Made by a program: the position numbers and the translations under genes. Under the pieces are notes generated by a model that ran no database searches, was not told where the DNA came from, and was given only the letters and a program-made list of their open reading frames with translations. Source: Lama glama (lineage: Eukaryota). From it: a stretch of 64,000 bases of DNA. This document shows positions 12,089 to 23,160 of the stretch, piece after piece; position 1 is the stretch's first letter; every line of letters begins with the position of its first letter. Where the stretch lies: the NCBI GenBank assembly GCA_028534125.1, contig CM052816.1, positions 50,222,001-50,286,000 of the forward strand, written 5' to 3'.

Positions 12089-12229
12089 GGAGGGAGGGTA
12101 TAGCTCAAGTGGTAGGGTGCACGCTTAGCATGCACAAGGTCCTGGAGGTCCTCATTTAAAATCCCCAGTACCTCCATTAAAAATAAATAAGTAAACCCAA
12201 TTACATACCCCCACCCCCTACAAAAAACA
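12089..12229 (+). mobile_element. tRNA-derived camelid SINE (vic-1-like) with TSD
   Basis: A-box head 'ggagggagggtatagctcaagtggtag', body 'gcatgcacaaggtcctgg...ccccagtacctcc', tail 'aaataaataagtaaacccaattac'. TSD acaagaaagaggca (12074-12087) versus acaagaaagtggca (12230-12243). Confidence 0.9.
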
Positions 12230-12243
12230 ACAAGAAAGTGGCA

Positions 12244-12450
12244 TAATGGAAAGACTGTTAGACCTGAAGTAACAGGAAGGGGGCACAAATCTCAGTTCTA
12301 CTACATACAAATCTCATGAACTTGAAGCCAACTGACCTGCCTGAGTTTCCTCACTGGCCATATGGGGATAACAAGATCTACACAACAGAGGCGTTAACAC
12401 CAGGCTTTGATGAGATAACAAAATAAAGCACCCAATAAAGTAGCCAGGCC
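12244..12450 (+). mobile_element. MIR (its head is interrupted by the SINE)
   Basis: 'gcctgagtttcctcactggccatatggggataac' MIR core. Confidence 0.55.
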
Positions 12451-12889
12451 ACCACGTACAGCTGTGTAATCTGTGCATAACATGAATGTCCAGCCAAGCG
12501 AATGAGCAGAAGTTGAAAAATTACCCAAGGTCTATTAGTTAAGTCATTGACCCAGCACAGGGCTCCACTGCGTCGGAGGAAGGGACACACTGTCTTCCAG
12601 CTCTGACACAGACCTACCACTGAGACTTGTACTGAAGACTCTTATCTTCTCACAGCTGGCCCCTCTTTCTAATTTTCACAATGTGTGTAACACTTTAATA
12701 GCCACTAGATAAGTGACAAATGGAAGACGACTTATAACTGGGGCATTTAGGCTACTCTTCCTATGGAGGATAGTTTTCAAGGCAACCACAAGAGCAGGCT
12801 CCAAAAGGATGAACTGGTTCAAGTCAAGGGCCATCTGCAACTAGACTGGCATTTCTCAGTGTAGATCTTGTGCCACTGCAAAAAATCAC

Positions 12890-13950
12890 TTAGAATTTGT
12901 AGCTCTGATACCAATATCACAAGCAATAGCATAAAAATAAAAATATGGGGTTTCATCAGAATTAAAAACTTGTCCTCAAAGGACACCATCAAGAAAATGA
13001 AAAGACAACTCACAAAATAAGAGACAATTTGGCAAATCATCTATATGATAAGGAACTTGTGTCTAAAATATATCAAGAACTTTTATAACTCAATAATGAA
13101 AAGACAATCTAATTTTTAAAAATGAACAGAGAGTCTGAATGGATATTTCTCCAAAGGAGATATACAAGTAACCAGTGAACACATGAAAAGATCCTCCATA
13201 TTATTAACCATGAGGAAAATGAGATTCAAACCCACAACGAGATACTACTTCACACCCACTAAGGTGGCTGGAATCAAAGTGTCAGATATCAAATGTCGGT
13301 GAGATATGCAGGATTCAGAGCCCCAGACTCTGGTGTTGGGAATGTGAGATGGTGCAGCCACTTTGAGAAACAAAAGGTTGAACATCAAGTTACCCCTTTG
13401 CCCCAGCAATTTCACTTCTATGTATATGCTAGAGAGAAATGAAAACAGATATCCACACAAAAACTTGTAAATAAATGTTCACAGAAGCATTATTCAAGAC
13501 AGCCCAAAGTGGAAATAACCTATATGCCCATCAACTGATGAAAAATAAATAAAATATGGGACCTCCATATAAAAGAATATTATTCAGCAATAAAAAAGGA
13601 CTGAAGTACTGATACATGTATGCTACAACATGGTTGAACCTTGAAAACATTGTGCTAAGGGAAAAGCTTGACACAAAAGACCACATAATGTATAATTCCA
13701 CTTACACAAAATATCCAGAAGAGGCAAATATATAGAGACAGAGGATAAACTAGTGCTTTGCCTGGGGCTGAGGAGCATGGGGAAATGGGGTTGACTGCTA
13801 ACAGGTATGGTATTTCTTTCTCTGGTAATGAAAATATTCTGGATTATGTTAGTGCTGGGGGATACATAACCCTGTGAATATAACTAAAAGTATTTAATTG
13901 TACACTTTAAATGGGTGAACTGTATGGTATATGAATTATATCTCAAAAGA
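12890..13950 (+). mobile_element. L1MB-like 3' fragment (ORF2 end and 3' UTR)
   Basis: 'aaggacaccatcaagaaaatgaaaagacaa' through 'gtacactttaaatgggtgaactgtatggtatatgaattatatctcaa'. Confidence 0.9.
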
Positions 13951-13984
13951 TGTTCCCCCCGAAAAAAGTTAAGGTATATTAAAA

Positions 13985-14132
13985 AAATTACTTGGGATGC
14001 TTGTAAAAATTGCAGGTGCATGGGCCCTTCTTCAAACTCATGAAATTGGAATGTCTGTGACTGAAATCCAGGAATATGCAATCTAAACAAGTACACTGGG
14101 TCATTCCCACATATATTAAGTTTGTCAACCAC
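13985..14132. mobile_element. MER5-like hAT-Charlie fossil
   Basis: 'cttgtaaaaattgcagg...aatatgcaatctaaacaagtac...taagtttgtcaaccac'. Confidence 0.6.
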
Positions 14133-14786
14133 ACAACCAATTTGTCCTACAAATGAATTGTATGTATTTGTGTTGCAGTTTCGGCTGGGAGATTTTTCAT
14201 TGTAATATATGTGCATTTGAAATCCAACAGTTGAGAAATGGTTTGAATAAAAAAATTCTTTTCTCAGTGTTAATAGTTAAAGGCAACTAAGTGGAAGATT
14301 GTGCCTTTCTAGTGTTCTCATTAGTGTGCTCAATGTTAAAAGTAAAGGCAGTGAAAGAAAAACCAAGTCAAAATTCATGGTAGAAATTTCTATTAACACT
14401 TGTCCCCACAATCAAGAAGGATCTCTGGAAAGTGTCTAAAACTTGGGTGATCTAATTTTTACTTGCCCCACGACTATCCACCGCTGGGATGAGATTTCAT
14501 GTTCCACATCTCAAGTCTAACCATTCTTTTTACAGTGTTTGCTAAATCAGAATAAAAGTTGGTGATGACGGAATGCTAATTTCAACTGCAGGACACAATA
14601 GATATTAAAATATAAAATTTTCATATGAAAGGTCTTTTACTCTTGGATTGCATAACTGTCTTTACATTCGTATAGAATGTTTGTATTTATAGTGTCAGTA
14701 TTTATGAAGTTACAAAGTTAGCATTCACCAGTCACTTAATCCTTGAACTATCCCTATGTAGTATACATGGAAGCAGTAAGAGGCCC

Positions 14787-15810
14787 TCTGGCAGAGACTT
14801 CTAGGTGCTCCCTATGTTAAAAATGTAGCCAAGATTTGTTTTCATCAGGTATTGTTAAAACAGTAGGCATGGAAATGATTGTCATGAAGGAAGAAGTTTG
14901 TACTCACAGATCCCAAGAAATAGATGCAGGCCATACCACACAGAGCCACATGGGGAAGGACCAGGGATGCTCAGAAGCCAGAAAAGGAATGAGACAAGAA
15001 TATGGCCCAAAGCCCTTTTTTGAGGGGTAGGGAGTAGGGGAAGATATGAGCAAGACTGGGTAGGTACACTAAGTAAATTTGGGATGGATAGTTTAAATAG
15101 TTTTGGTGGGCTCTGGGCTGTAGAGGTGGTCCCTAGTTGTCTGGCCTTTGTGGGGAGATTTTGGGTAGGTGTTAGCTTGGTGTGTGAGAGTTTGATAAAG
15201 GAGATGGTTGGGGGTGTGGGCTCTGAATTGGTTGATTTCTGAGTCGAACGTGTGCTCATCTCTAGGAATTAGCTAGCTCCAGGAGGGGCATTCTCTCCAG
15301 GATCAAGGCCCAGACTGCCTGAGCATCAAGAATGTAGAAGATAAGGAAACACAGTCAGTGCACTTCCCCCAATGAATCGTCTGTCCTTCTTTCATAGTGT
15401 ACTTGGATCATCACTACTGGAAATACGACATTTCCCAGATTCTCTTGCAATCAGGAAGGGCCGCAGGACCAAATTTTGGCCAATGTGACACGAGGGGAAA
15501 TGATGTGAGCAACGTCCAGGCTATGTCCTTCAAGGATGGCAACCTGGCCCCTCTTCCCTCCTTCCTTTGTCCTGCTGCCTGAAATGTAGATGTGGCACTT
15601 AGCCTTCTTGGATCATGTATGTAAGAACAACAGCTGAGGGGTGGCAGAGAGGCAAGAGAGAAGGAGCTGGGTCCTGCAGCTCTGCCACGCCAGTGTTCAC
15701 CTGCTTACATTCAAAGAATCAGATTGTCCCACGAGACAGGAATCAACTTGCAGCATGTTAAATCACTTGAATTTTGAGCCTTCGTTACAAAGATTCAACC
15801 TACATCCCAA
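14787..15810 (+). mobile_element. MLT1 (MLT1J/K-like) MaLR LTR, split by the nested LTR
   Basis: Head 'tggcagagacttctaggtgctccc' resumes near 15363 with 'ccaatgaatcgtctgtccttc...catttcccagattctcttgca...ttttggccaatg'. Confidence 0.6.
14813..15362. mobile_element. ERVL LTR (MER54/MER73/MER74-like) nested in an MLT1
   Basis: 'gaagtttgtactcacagatcccaagaaa...ggaattagctagctccaggagggg'; ends in CA. Confidence 0.6.
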
Positions 15811-15819
15811 CCCAGGAAG

Positions 15820-15901
15820 TTGAGCTGCCATGTACAGTTGTGCAAGCATCTTTCACACTGCACCGTGCATAGCCTCTGTGCTGCACATGGCAGCCCTCAA
15901 C
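15820..15901. mobile_element. MER91-like hAT-Tip100 MITE with terminal inverted repeats
   Basis: 'gagctgccatgtacag' pairs with 'ctgcacatggcagccc'. Confidence 0.7.
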
Positions 15902-16621
15902 ACTGTCCCATTTCTCCAATGAGGACAGGAAAGCTCAAAGAGGTCAGGCCATACCTTCAGTAAACACTAGATCCAAAGCTCTGTAGGGATTATAGAATTT
16001 ACAGAGGATAATATGCCAGTTTCATTACAAAATCAAATAGAGTAACACATCAACCTTCTTAGGCAAAAGATAAAACATACGTTAAGTACTAGAATTCAAT
16101 ATTTACGTACTTAGAAATGGAGAGCATTCTGCTGAATGTTGTTCAGTGTATTCCGAAGAAGAGGCTGTCTCCTTAAATTCCATAGCTAAAGTGACAGGCT
16201 GTGCACAGGGGCAGTTAACGATGCCTGGATGTGCAGGTCTATCATTTGCATGCATTAAGATGGAAATGGGGCTTCCGTATTTTACTTACATGTGCCCGTG
16301 AAGTGATTGCACTTCCCAAGATCCCTTTGTACTCATGATTAGTTGATTTGTGAACCAAATGAGTGGTTTGAGGATGGAAATAGGAACACAGTGACTCCAT
16401 TTGGGAGGTCCAATTTTGACATAAATGACTAGAGGCTTTTTTTTTTATGAAAGAAGGTAGATACTGGATTCAAATGAAGTTTCTTTAGAAGCTTTGATAC
16501 TTGGGGATTCATTCATTTGAAATGTCCAGTCTGATTTTTGGTACTTAGAATTGCACTTTAATTGGGAGATGTAGTTAAGTGATGATTGACATAATTAATT
16601 TGTAATAAGAAAACCAGTACA

Positions 16622-16946
16622 GGGCTGGGTCAAGATGGCTGAGTAGTAGGACGCCTACCTCACCCTCTCCCACGAATACAGCAAAATCTATACCTACTTG
16701 TGGAACAAATCACACAGAATACCTACGGAACTTTGGCAGGATATCTCTTACATCGGAAATACAAGGAAACCCTCACAAAATCAATAAACAATAAGTTTAT
16801 ACAGCACAGGCAACTATATTCAGTATCTTGTGTAATCTATAATGAAAAAGAATATGAAAAGGAATACACATGTATGACTGAAACACTATACTGTACACCA
16901 GAAATTGATATAATATTGTAACCTGACTATACTTTAGTTAAAAAAA
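16622..16946 (+). mobile_element. Mini-L1: L1 5' UTR start joined directly to the L1 3' terminus, TSD-flanked
   Basis: Starts 'gggctgggtcaagatggctgagtagtaggacgc' (L1 5' end with YY1-like motif), switches near 16784 to 'ataaacaataagtttatacagcacagg...aatgaaaaagaatatgaaaagg', then an A-tail. TSD aagaaaaccagtaca / aagaaaacaagtata. Confidence 0.85.
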
Positions 16947-17924
16947 AAGAAAACAAGTATAAAATATCATTTTTATCAGTAGGATATATCATATCAACTC
17001 TGCAGTGGTAAGAAAAATATTGTCAAAAATTTTATATTTAAACGGATTCTAACAACACTCAGCAATTATCTGCCAGTTGCTCTAAAACACATGTGCCTAA
17101 TAGTAGCAATCGCAAATTGAATTTTGCCTCCACAGACCTGAGAGATACTTTTCTAAAAAAGACCCTAAAATTTGCACTTTAATTCACAAATGTTCCCCTT
17201 CCTTGAAAAGTCACATTTTTTTCCTCTTGTGCAAGTGTGTTCCATTGGAGATGAAATAGTTTTAAAAGCAAGCATTCTTTATTGATTCAGAAGTTTTCCT
17301 ACCCTAACTAGTGCTGCCTTACTGTAAACAAAATACTACCATATCTACTATACCACAAGTTATAATTAGAGGAGTGCTTTCAAATGCTCTCATATTGCTG
17401 GAAAATGAGCTTTTTGTTTGCAAGGCTGAGATGGTCTCCGGTCTCCCTGAGAGCAAGAAGGGAAGCGAGAGGACTTGTGACCTGAGGTGAAAGTCCGGGC
17501 GGTGCTGGGTTCACGTGGCTGCTGGTGGCCGGCACGGGCCAGTGTCATTAGCCATCTTGAAATAATTATTTTGGAACAACTGTAACCTAAAATGTTGGAT
17601 TAAGTAACATTCAAAAAGTTTGCAGCCAGCAGTAGTTTTTACGTTGAATGGGGCAACTACCATTGGGTTTTAGAAAGGATGTTCTTGGTTAAAGTAAATG
17701 CACAAGGCTGGCATTGATTTCTAACTTCTATCCTGGTGACAAATCTAATCCTTACACTATCTTCCTGTCATGGAAACCAAAATACTTTGTTTCCAGAGGA
17801 GTTTCTGTTTAAAAGATACAAAAGATGCTACCGTCTTAGGTGAGCTCTAAATTTCTTTCACTCCAAATATGATTATGATAGTAATAAAAATAATAATACA
17901 ATAATAAAAATAATAGTCATAAGG

Positions 17925-18035
17925 GCCACCAATCGTTGAGTATTTAATATAAGCCAAACAAATCTTCATACTAATCTTGAAAAGTAGGTATTATTATTCT
18001 AGCTTTACAGAAGAGAAAACTGACTTCAGGCAGCC
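17925..18035 (-). mobile_element. MIR fragment
   Basis: 'gtaggtattattattctagctttacagaagagaaaactga'. Confidence 0.6.
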
Positions 18036-20134
18036 AAGATATGACTGATTTCCTCTGCTACTTCCATGTACAACCTACCATATACGTCTCTATACAGTTT
18101 TTGGAAGAGACAGAGAAAGGGGATGAGGGCAGAGAGAGGCAGAGTGAGATCACAGGAAGCAAACTCATATCTGTCTTATGAGAGACTGGCAGTGTGGATT
18201 TATTGTGCCATATTTTGTTTTTATTCTCAGACTTGAGATACTATGCGGTTCAAAGCAAAACTTGCTCTAGGAAAAAGTTGCACTGAATTTCCAAAGAATA
18301 AGTACACTTTAACTTTCCTAGGAAGTTCTGAACTGTTGAGATAGGAAGCCGCTAGTTTTTCCTTCTTTTTCTTTTCTAAACTGAAGCTGAACAGAACAGG
18401 GAATGCTCCACTCCCACCCTCTTAAAAAAAAAAAAAAAAAGGAGGGAAGCGTGTGGCAAAACTACTTATCACATTTAAGTGGCCTCAGACTTAGTTGAGT
18501 GCTCTGTAAATCCTTACCATCCCGGACATGATGATAAACTCTGTTCTGGGGACATATTATTTTGATTTTGATAATTTGTCTTCTACCTCATTCAGTTTTA
18601 CGCAAGAACACAGAAACATCAATTGGTGTTTTGTTCCATTGCTTTTACTGAATTAAATGCTTCTTTTTTACCTTTTTTTTTTTTTTCCTTTACCATGCTT
18701 CAAAGTAACACGACTTGATAGCATCAGCCTTGGGTACTGGCCCTTACAGATAGAAATGTTCTTGAAGTAAGCTCAATAGGACTTTTTGTAATAACTTACC
18801 CATGTTCTCAGACTCCTATCAGTCCCCGAGGTAGTCATAATAAACACGAACTGAAGCTTCAAAATCTTCAGGAAATTCTTGCCTTAAAAAAAAAAAACAA
18901 CAACTGTCTTTGGAGGTTTCTGTAAAGTTAATGCAATGTTTACAAATTGAGTCCATAATCTATAAAAATAAAACCAGAAATTATTTTAAAAGATAACTAA
19001 GAAACCTCTGTTTATATGGCACTAACAATTAGACTTAAAGTTGTCCGACAAAAGAAAGAGTGATTTCATAAGAAAAAGATTCCGTAGGGAAAAATGACCA
19101 TTGTAAGTTTTGGCATTTCAAATGCTCCATTTTCCTAATTAAAGAGAAAGTGAGATTTAGAAAAGTAATTTATGACGTTTTCATAAAAGTATAAAGTTTG
19201 TAAAGCATGTTTAATAGACATCAGTTTATTTATGAAAATATCTTTGAGGTTATCTTTTTGCCATGTAAAATTTAGTTTACCAGGAAAAGTTTAGTCCAGA
19301 CCCAGATTTATTTTTGTTTTACTGATACACCACTTAGAGATACCATGCACTTAGCAATCCTAGGTCACACATTGTGACCTAAAGTGTCTGCTGGAGCTAA
19401 CCTTCTCAAGTTCATCTACTTTTTTTTAACCTCTTGGTCACAAAGCACAATGGGTTTCATGTTTAATTCTGGAAATCATAATGGCCTAATGGACATTTTT
19501 CCTGTCCCAGAAATTTCCAACTCTAGTATAGATGATTTTTCTTACAACAAATTAACTTAAAAGGTAATTTCCTTGTGGCTTCTACCTTTGAAAACATTTG
19601 TTTTTTCATAACGTCCTGCTTGTCATCACATATGTTGTTTCTACAGCATGTAAACTTATTTCCTGATTTCTCATCTTGGTTTATCTAGAAAATCTGACCA
19701 AATTTTCAAGACCTTGATTAAGCTTTAGTACTCCATGAAGTTTTTCTGAAGTAGTCCCTCTGCTCAACCCACCTCATCCTCCTACTGCCTGTTACAAGAG
19801 GTAGCTACCATCAATTGTACACACTTCCATTATACATTGATCCCAGAATGCTACAATTCATATGTTACATAAGGCTGTAAAGCAAGGATCATGGTTTTTG
19901 TTGTTTTGTTTTGTTTTGTTTTGTACTTGTATCCCAGATTTCTGGAACAGTGCTTGATAGCTAGATAGCCTGAAAAATTATTTGGTGAAAAAGTAATGAT
20001 GAGAAAGAACACGTCTGATTTCTATTTCAGAGATATTTTGATTTTCTTCTCAGTCCTCAAAATGAAGTAAGATCATTAGTGCACCTATTTTGTCACCACT
20101 GAAAAATTATTCATAGACATATAAAAGTTGAAAT

Positions 20135-20375
20135 AGCAATAGATTGCCTGGGTTTGAAACATGACCTCACCATTTTACTAGCCAAATAAACTTGGGAAAG
20201 CTTAATGATACCCTATCCCCAAAAAAGAAGTCTTCAGTCTACTCACCTGCAAAATAGGGATTATTGTACTATCTACCTCACAGAGTTCTTGTGGGTGTTG
20301 AAGGATAATAATGCACACAGAGGATTTTGCTCGAGTCCCAGCACATGGGAACATCGCTTATAAATGACCAATTAT
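20135..20375 (+). mobile_element. MIR
   Basis: 'ctgggtttgaaac...ctcacctgcaaaatagggattattgtactatctacctcacagag'. Confidence 0.75.
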
Positions 20376-20444
20376 CAGGCTAGTGTCTAACAATCTATTT
20401 TCATTTTTTAAAGCTGAGGAATAAATCCTTACTTTGTAATGGTT

Positions 20445-20495
20445 CCTCCCCCTCCTCCTTCCTCATCTTTTCCTCCTCTTCCTCCCCCTCCTCCA
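20445..20495. repeat. (CCT)-rich low-complexity tract
   Basis: Seen directly in the sequence. Confidence 0.8.
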
Positions 20496-21552
20496 ACAGC
20501 TTTACTGAAATATGAGTGATAAACATTCTAATGGGTCCAGAGTTGCAAGATGAAAAAGCAGTGTACCCAGTCAATTGTAAGAACTTAATTAGTGAATATG
20601 GTGGTCAATTCAGTTTGGGTAGCTGAGAAACCCAGTTACACATCAGCTGAACTGCAAGTGAGATTTCTAAGGACTTTTCACTTTATTATACCTTACTTAT
20701 AATGCAGTTTATCAAGCAGTTCTTATTAAACAGGGTTTGTAAAGAATGTGCTTGCCCTAGGCACTCTGGTGGCTGATTAACAGATGCCACATTATGTTTT
20801 CTGGTGTCAATAGGGTGCTTGTCTGTTCAGAGTATATTTCCTGGCTTTGGGGAGTTAGTGCAAGTTAAATGCAGCCCTCCAATAACTCAAAAGGAAGGTC
20901 AGCCCTGAGACACTCTGATCTGGGCCACTGGCTATCCTCTTCTGGGAAGTCACAGAGAGACGAGTTCATGGACTTCTGGAACTGAGGGTTCTAATTAGTG
21001 CACATTTTAGTATCCATTCCTCTCATGGTATCCTTCCATATTTATATTGTTTCAAATGAAAGTCAATTCAGATGAGAAAATGATTCTAGCCTTTGGGTCA
21101 AACAACTGACACACACACACACATCTGAGGTCGTCGGGGTGGAAAATGGCAGCCCCTCAGGGGAACTGAAGTGGTTCCCAGAAGGTTGAGCAATCTCTTA
21201 GGTGAGCCTGTCACAGGTGACGAGTGTCCTGAGGCAAAGAGAAGGCCCTGACTACAAGATGATCATTTCTGATAAATCCCTGCAGTGCAGGTTCAGACTG
21301 GGCATGGACCTGGGCAAGTGAAATACCCTCACTATGTGTAAAAGGCCTGTAAATAAATGTGCCCACATTTCAAGAGTTTTGAACATTAATTTTTTGGATC
21401 CAAAGGTCCTGAAGTGAGGCAAAATAAAAGCAACAGTAAAGAGTGAAAAGTGAGAAAGAGAAAGCTCAGGGATGTAGGCTGAAGTCTTTCAAAACTACGA
21501 AGTCAATGTTTCAACATAATTATTGAAAAGTCAATTATTTTTTCCCTATTTC

Positions 21553-22270
21553 TGAATTGTAATAAAATACACATACCATAAAATTTACTTTTTAAATAAG
21601 CACTTTAAGTGTACAGTTCAGTGGTATTAAGTACATTCACATTATTGTGCAACCATCACAACCATCCATCCCTAGAGCTCTTTTTTATTCTACAAAATGG
21701 AAATTCTATACCCATTAAACAGTAACTCCTTATTTTTGTGTTCCCTAGCCCCCTGCTCCCAGGCCCTGGCAACCACCATTTCTGTCTCTATAAATTTGAC
21801 AATTCTATGTACCTCACATAAGTAAAAATGTCTATCTTTATGCCAGCAACACACTGTTTCAATTACTGTAGCTTTGTAATAAGTTTTGAAATCAGGAAAT
21901 ATGATTCCTAAAGCTTTGTCCTTCTTCAAGATTTTCTAGCTATATGGAATCCCTTGAGATTTCATACGAATTTTATAATGGATTTTTCTATTTCTGCCAA
22001 AAAAAGGTATTGGAATTTTGATAGGGATTGCATTAAAGCTGTAGATTTCTTTGGGTAGACTGACACCTTAACAATATTACATTTTCTAATCTATGAACAT
22101 GGGATGTCTTTCCATTTATCTATGTTTTCTTTACTTCAGCAATGTTTTGTAGATATCATTGTACAAGTCCTTCACCTCCTTGGTTAAATTAATTCTTAAG
22201 TATTTTATTATTTTTGATGCTACTGTAAATAGAATAATTTTCTTAATTTTTTTTCAGATTGTTGTTAGTT
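21553..22270 (-). mobile_element. L1MB-like element: 3' UTR (about 21553-21825) abutting an ORF2 segment (about 21826-22270), with an internal deletion
   Basis: Antisense 3' end 'ttaagtgtacagttcagtggtattaag'; the ORF track peptide [19 protein letters not shown] is L1 ORF2. Confidence 0.88.
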
Positions 22271-22477
22271 TAAACACCAATATTAATACTTAATATAGAA
22301 ACAAAATGGGTATCTATGGCCACAGAAATAACTTGTATCTAAAATAAGAGTCAATTCACAGAGCATGAACTAAAGCCAAGTGGAAGAAAATACACTATTA
22401 GCATACTTAGGTATTTCAGGTTGAAATAATCCAAAGTGATTAGACTGTGTGTTGAGTGCCTCCTCCCTCTTCTTTCT

Positions 22478-22667
22478 TCTTTTTAATTGAAGTGTAGTCA
22501 ATTTACAATGTTGTGTTAATTTTTGGTGTACAGCATAGTGATTCAGTTATACACATGCACACACACACGTATATGTTATATATATATACATATACATATA
22601 TATATTCCTTTTCATACTCTTTTTCATTATAGGCTATTACAAGGTAATGAATATAGTTTCCTGTGCT
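22478..22667 (-). mobile_element. Short camelid-type L1 3' end
   Basis: 'ttttaattgaagtgtagtcaatttacaatgttgtg...ttccttttcatactcttttcattatagg'. Confidence 0.9.
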
Positions 22668-22956
22668 CCTCTTTTACTTCTGAGGGTTATAATACTTGCT
22701 GACTGGCTGGCTAGCTGAATGGCTGGATGGAGTCAAGATATAGGAAAAAAATATCTCTACATTTAGTAGCTATGACTCCTCCAAGTTTTTTTCCTAAGAC
22801 TGCTTTATCAACTTGAAATTGACCAAATTAACCTAATCATTTCCCCTAAAGATTTTAAGTAGTGTAAGCAGAGGTGGTTTACCATTAGAGATACATGTGT
22901 GGTAGATAACAGTAAGAAAAGCAAACTTTAGGTTCATAACCCACTTGGATATAACT

Positions 22957-23160
22957 AGTACTGTGATGGTAAGTGTTTAACAACGGGCTCTCTGGATAGG
23001 AGATGCAGGGTCCCTGATTTATAGGGATTCCCAGTTTTCATGGCTTAAATATTCTCACCATGGCCAATTAATGTGGTGTTACTGAAAGAGTTCCTGGGAA
23101 GAGGAGCACACAATTGTCCCCATGCTGGTGGAACAAGCCTGGTCCAGCTCATCAGTGGAT
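22957..23160. mobile_element. MER63-like hAT fossil
   Basis: Termini 'gatggtaagtgtttaacaacgggctctc' and 'tccagctcatcagtg'. Confidence 0.6.

Noticed and set aside
12089..12175. tRNA gene
   Set aside because: It has a SINE tail, a TSD and a disrupted B-box, so it is a SINE head.
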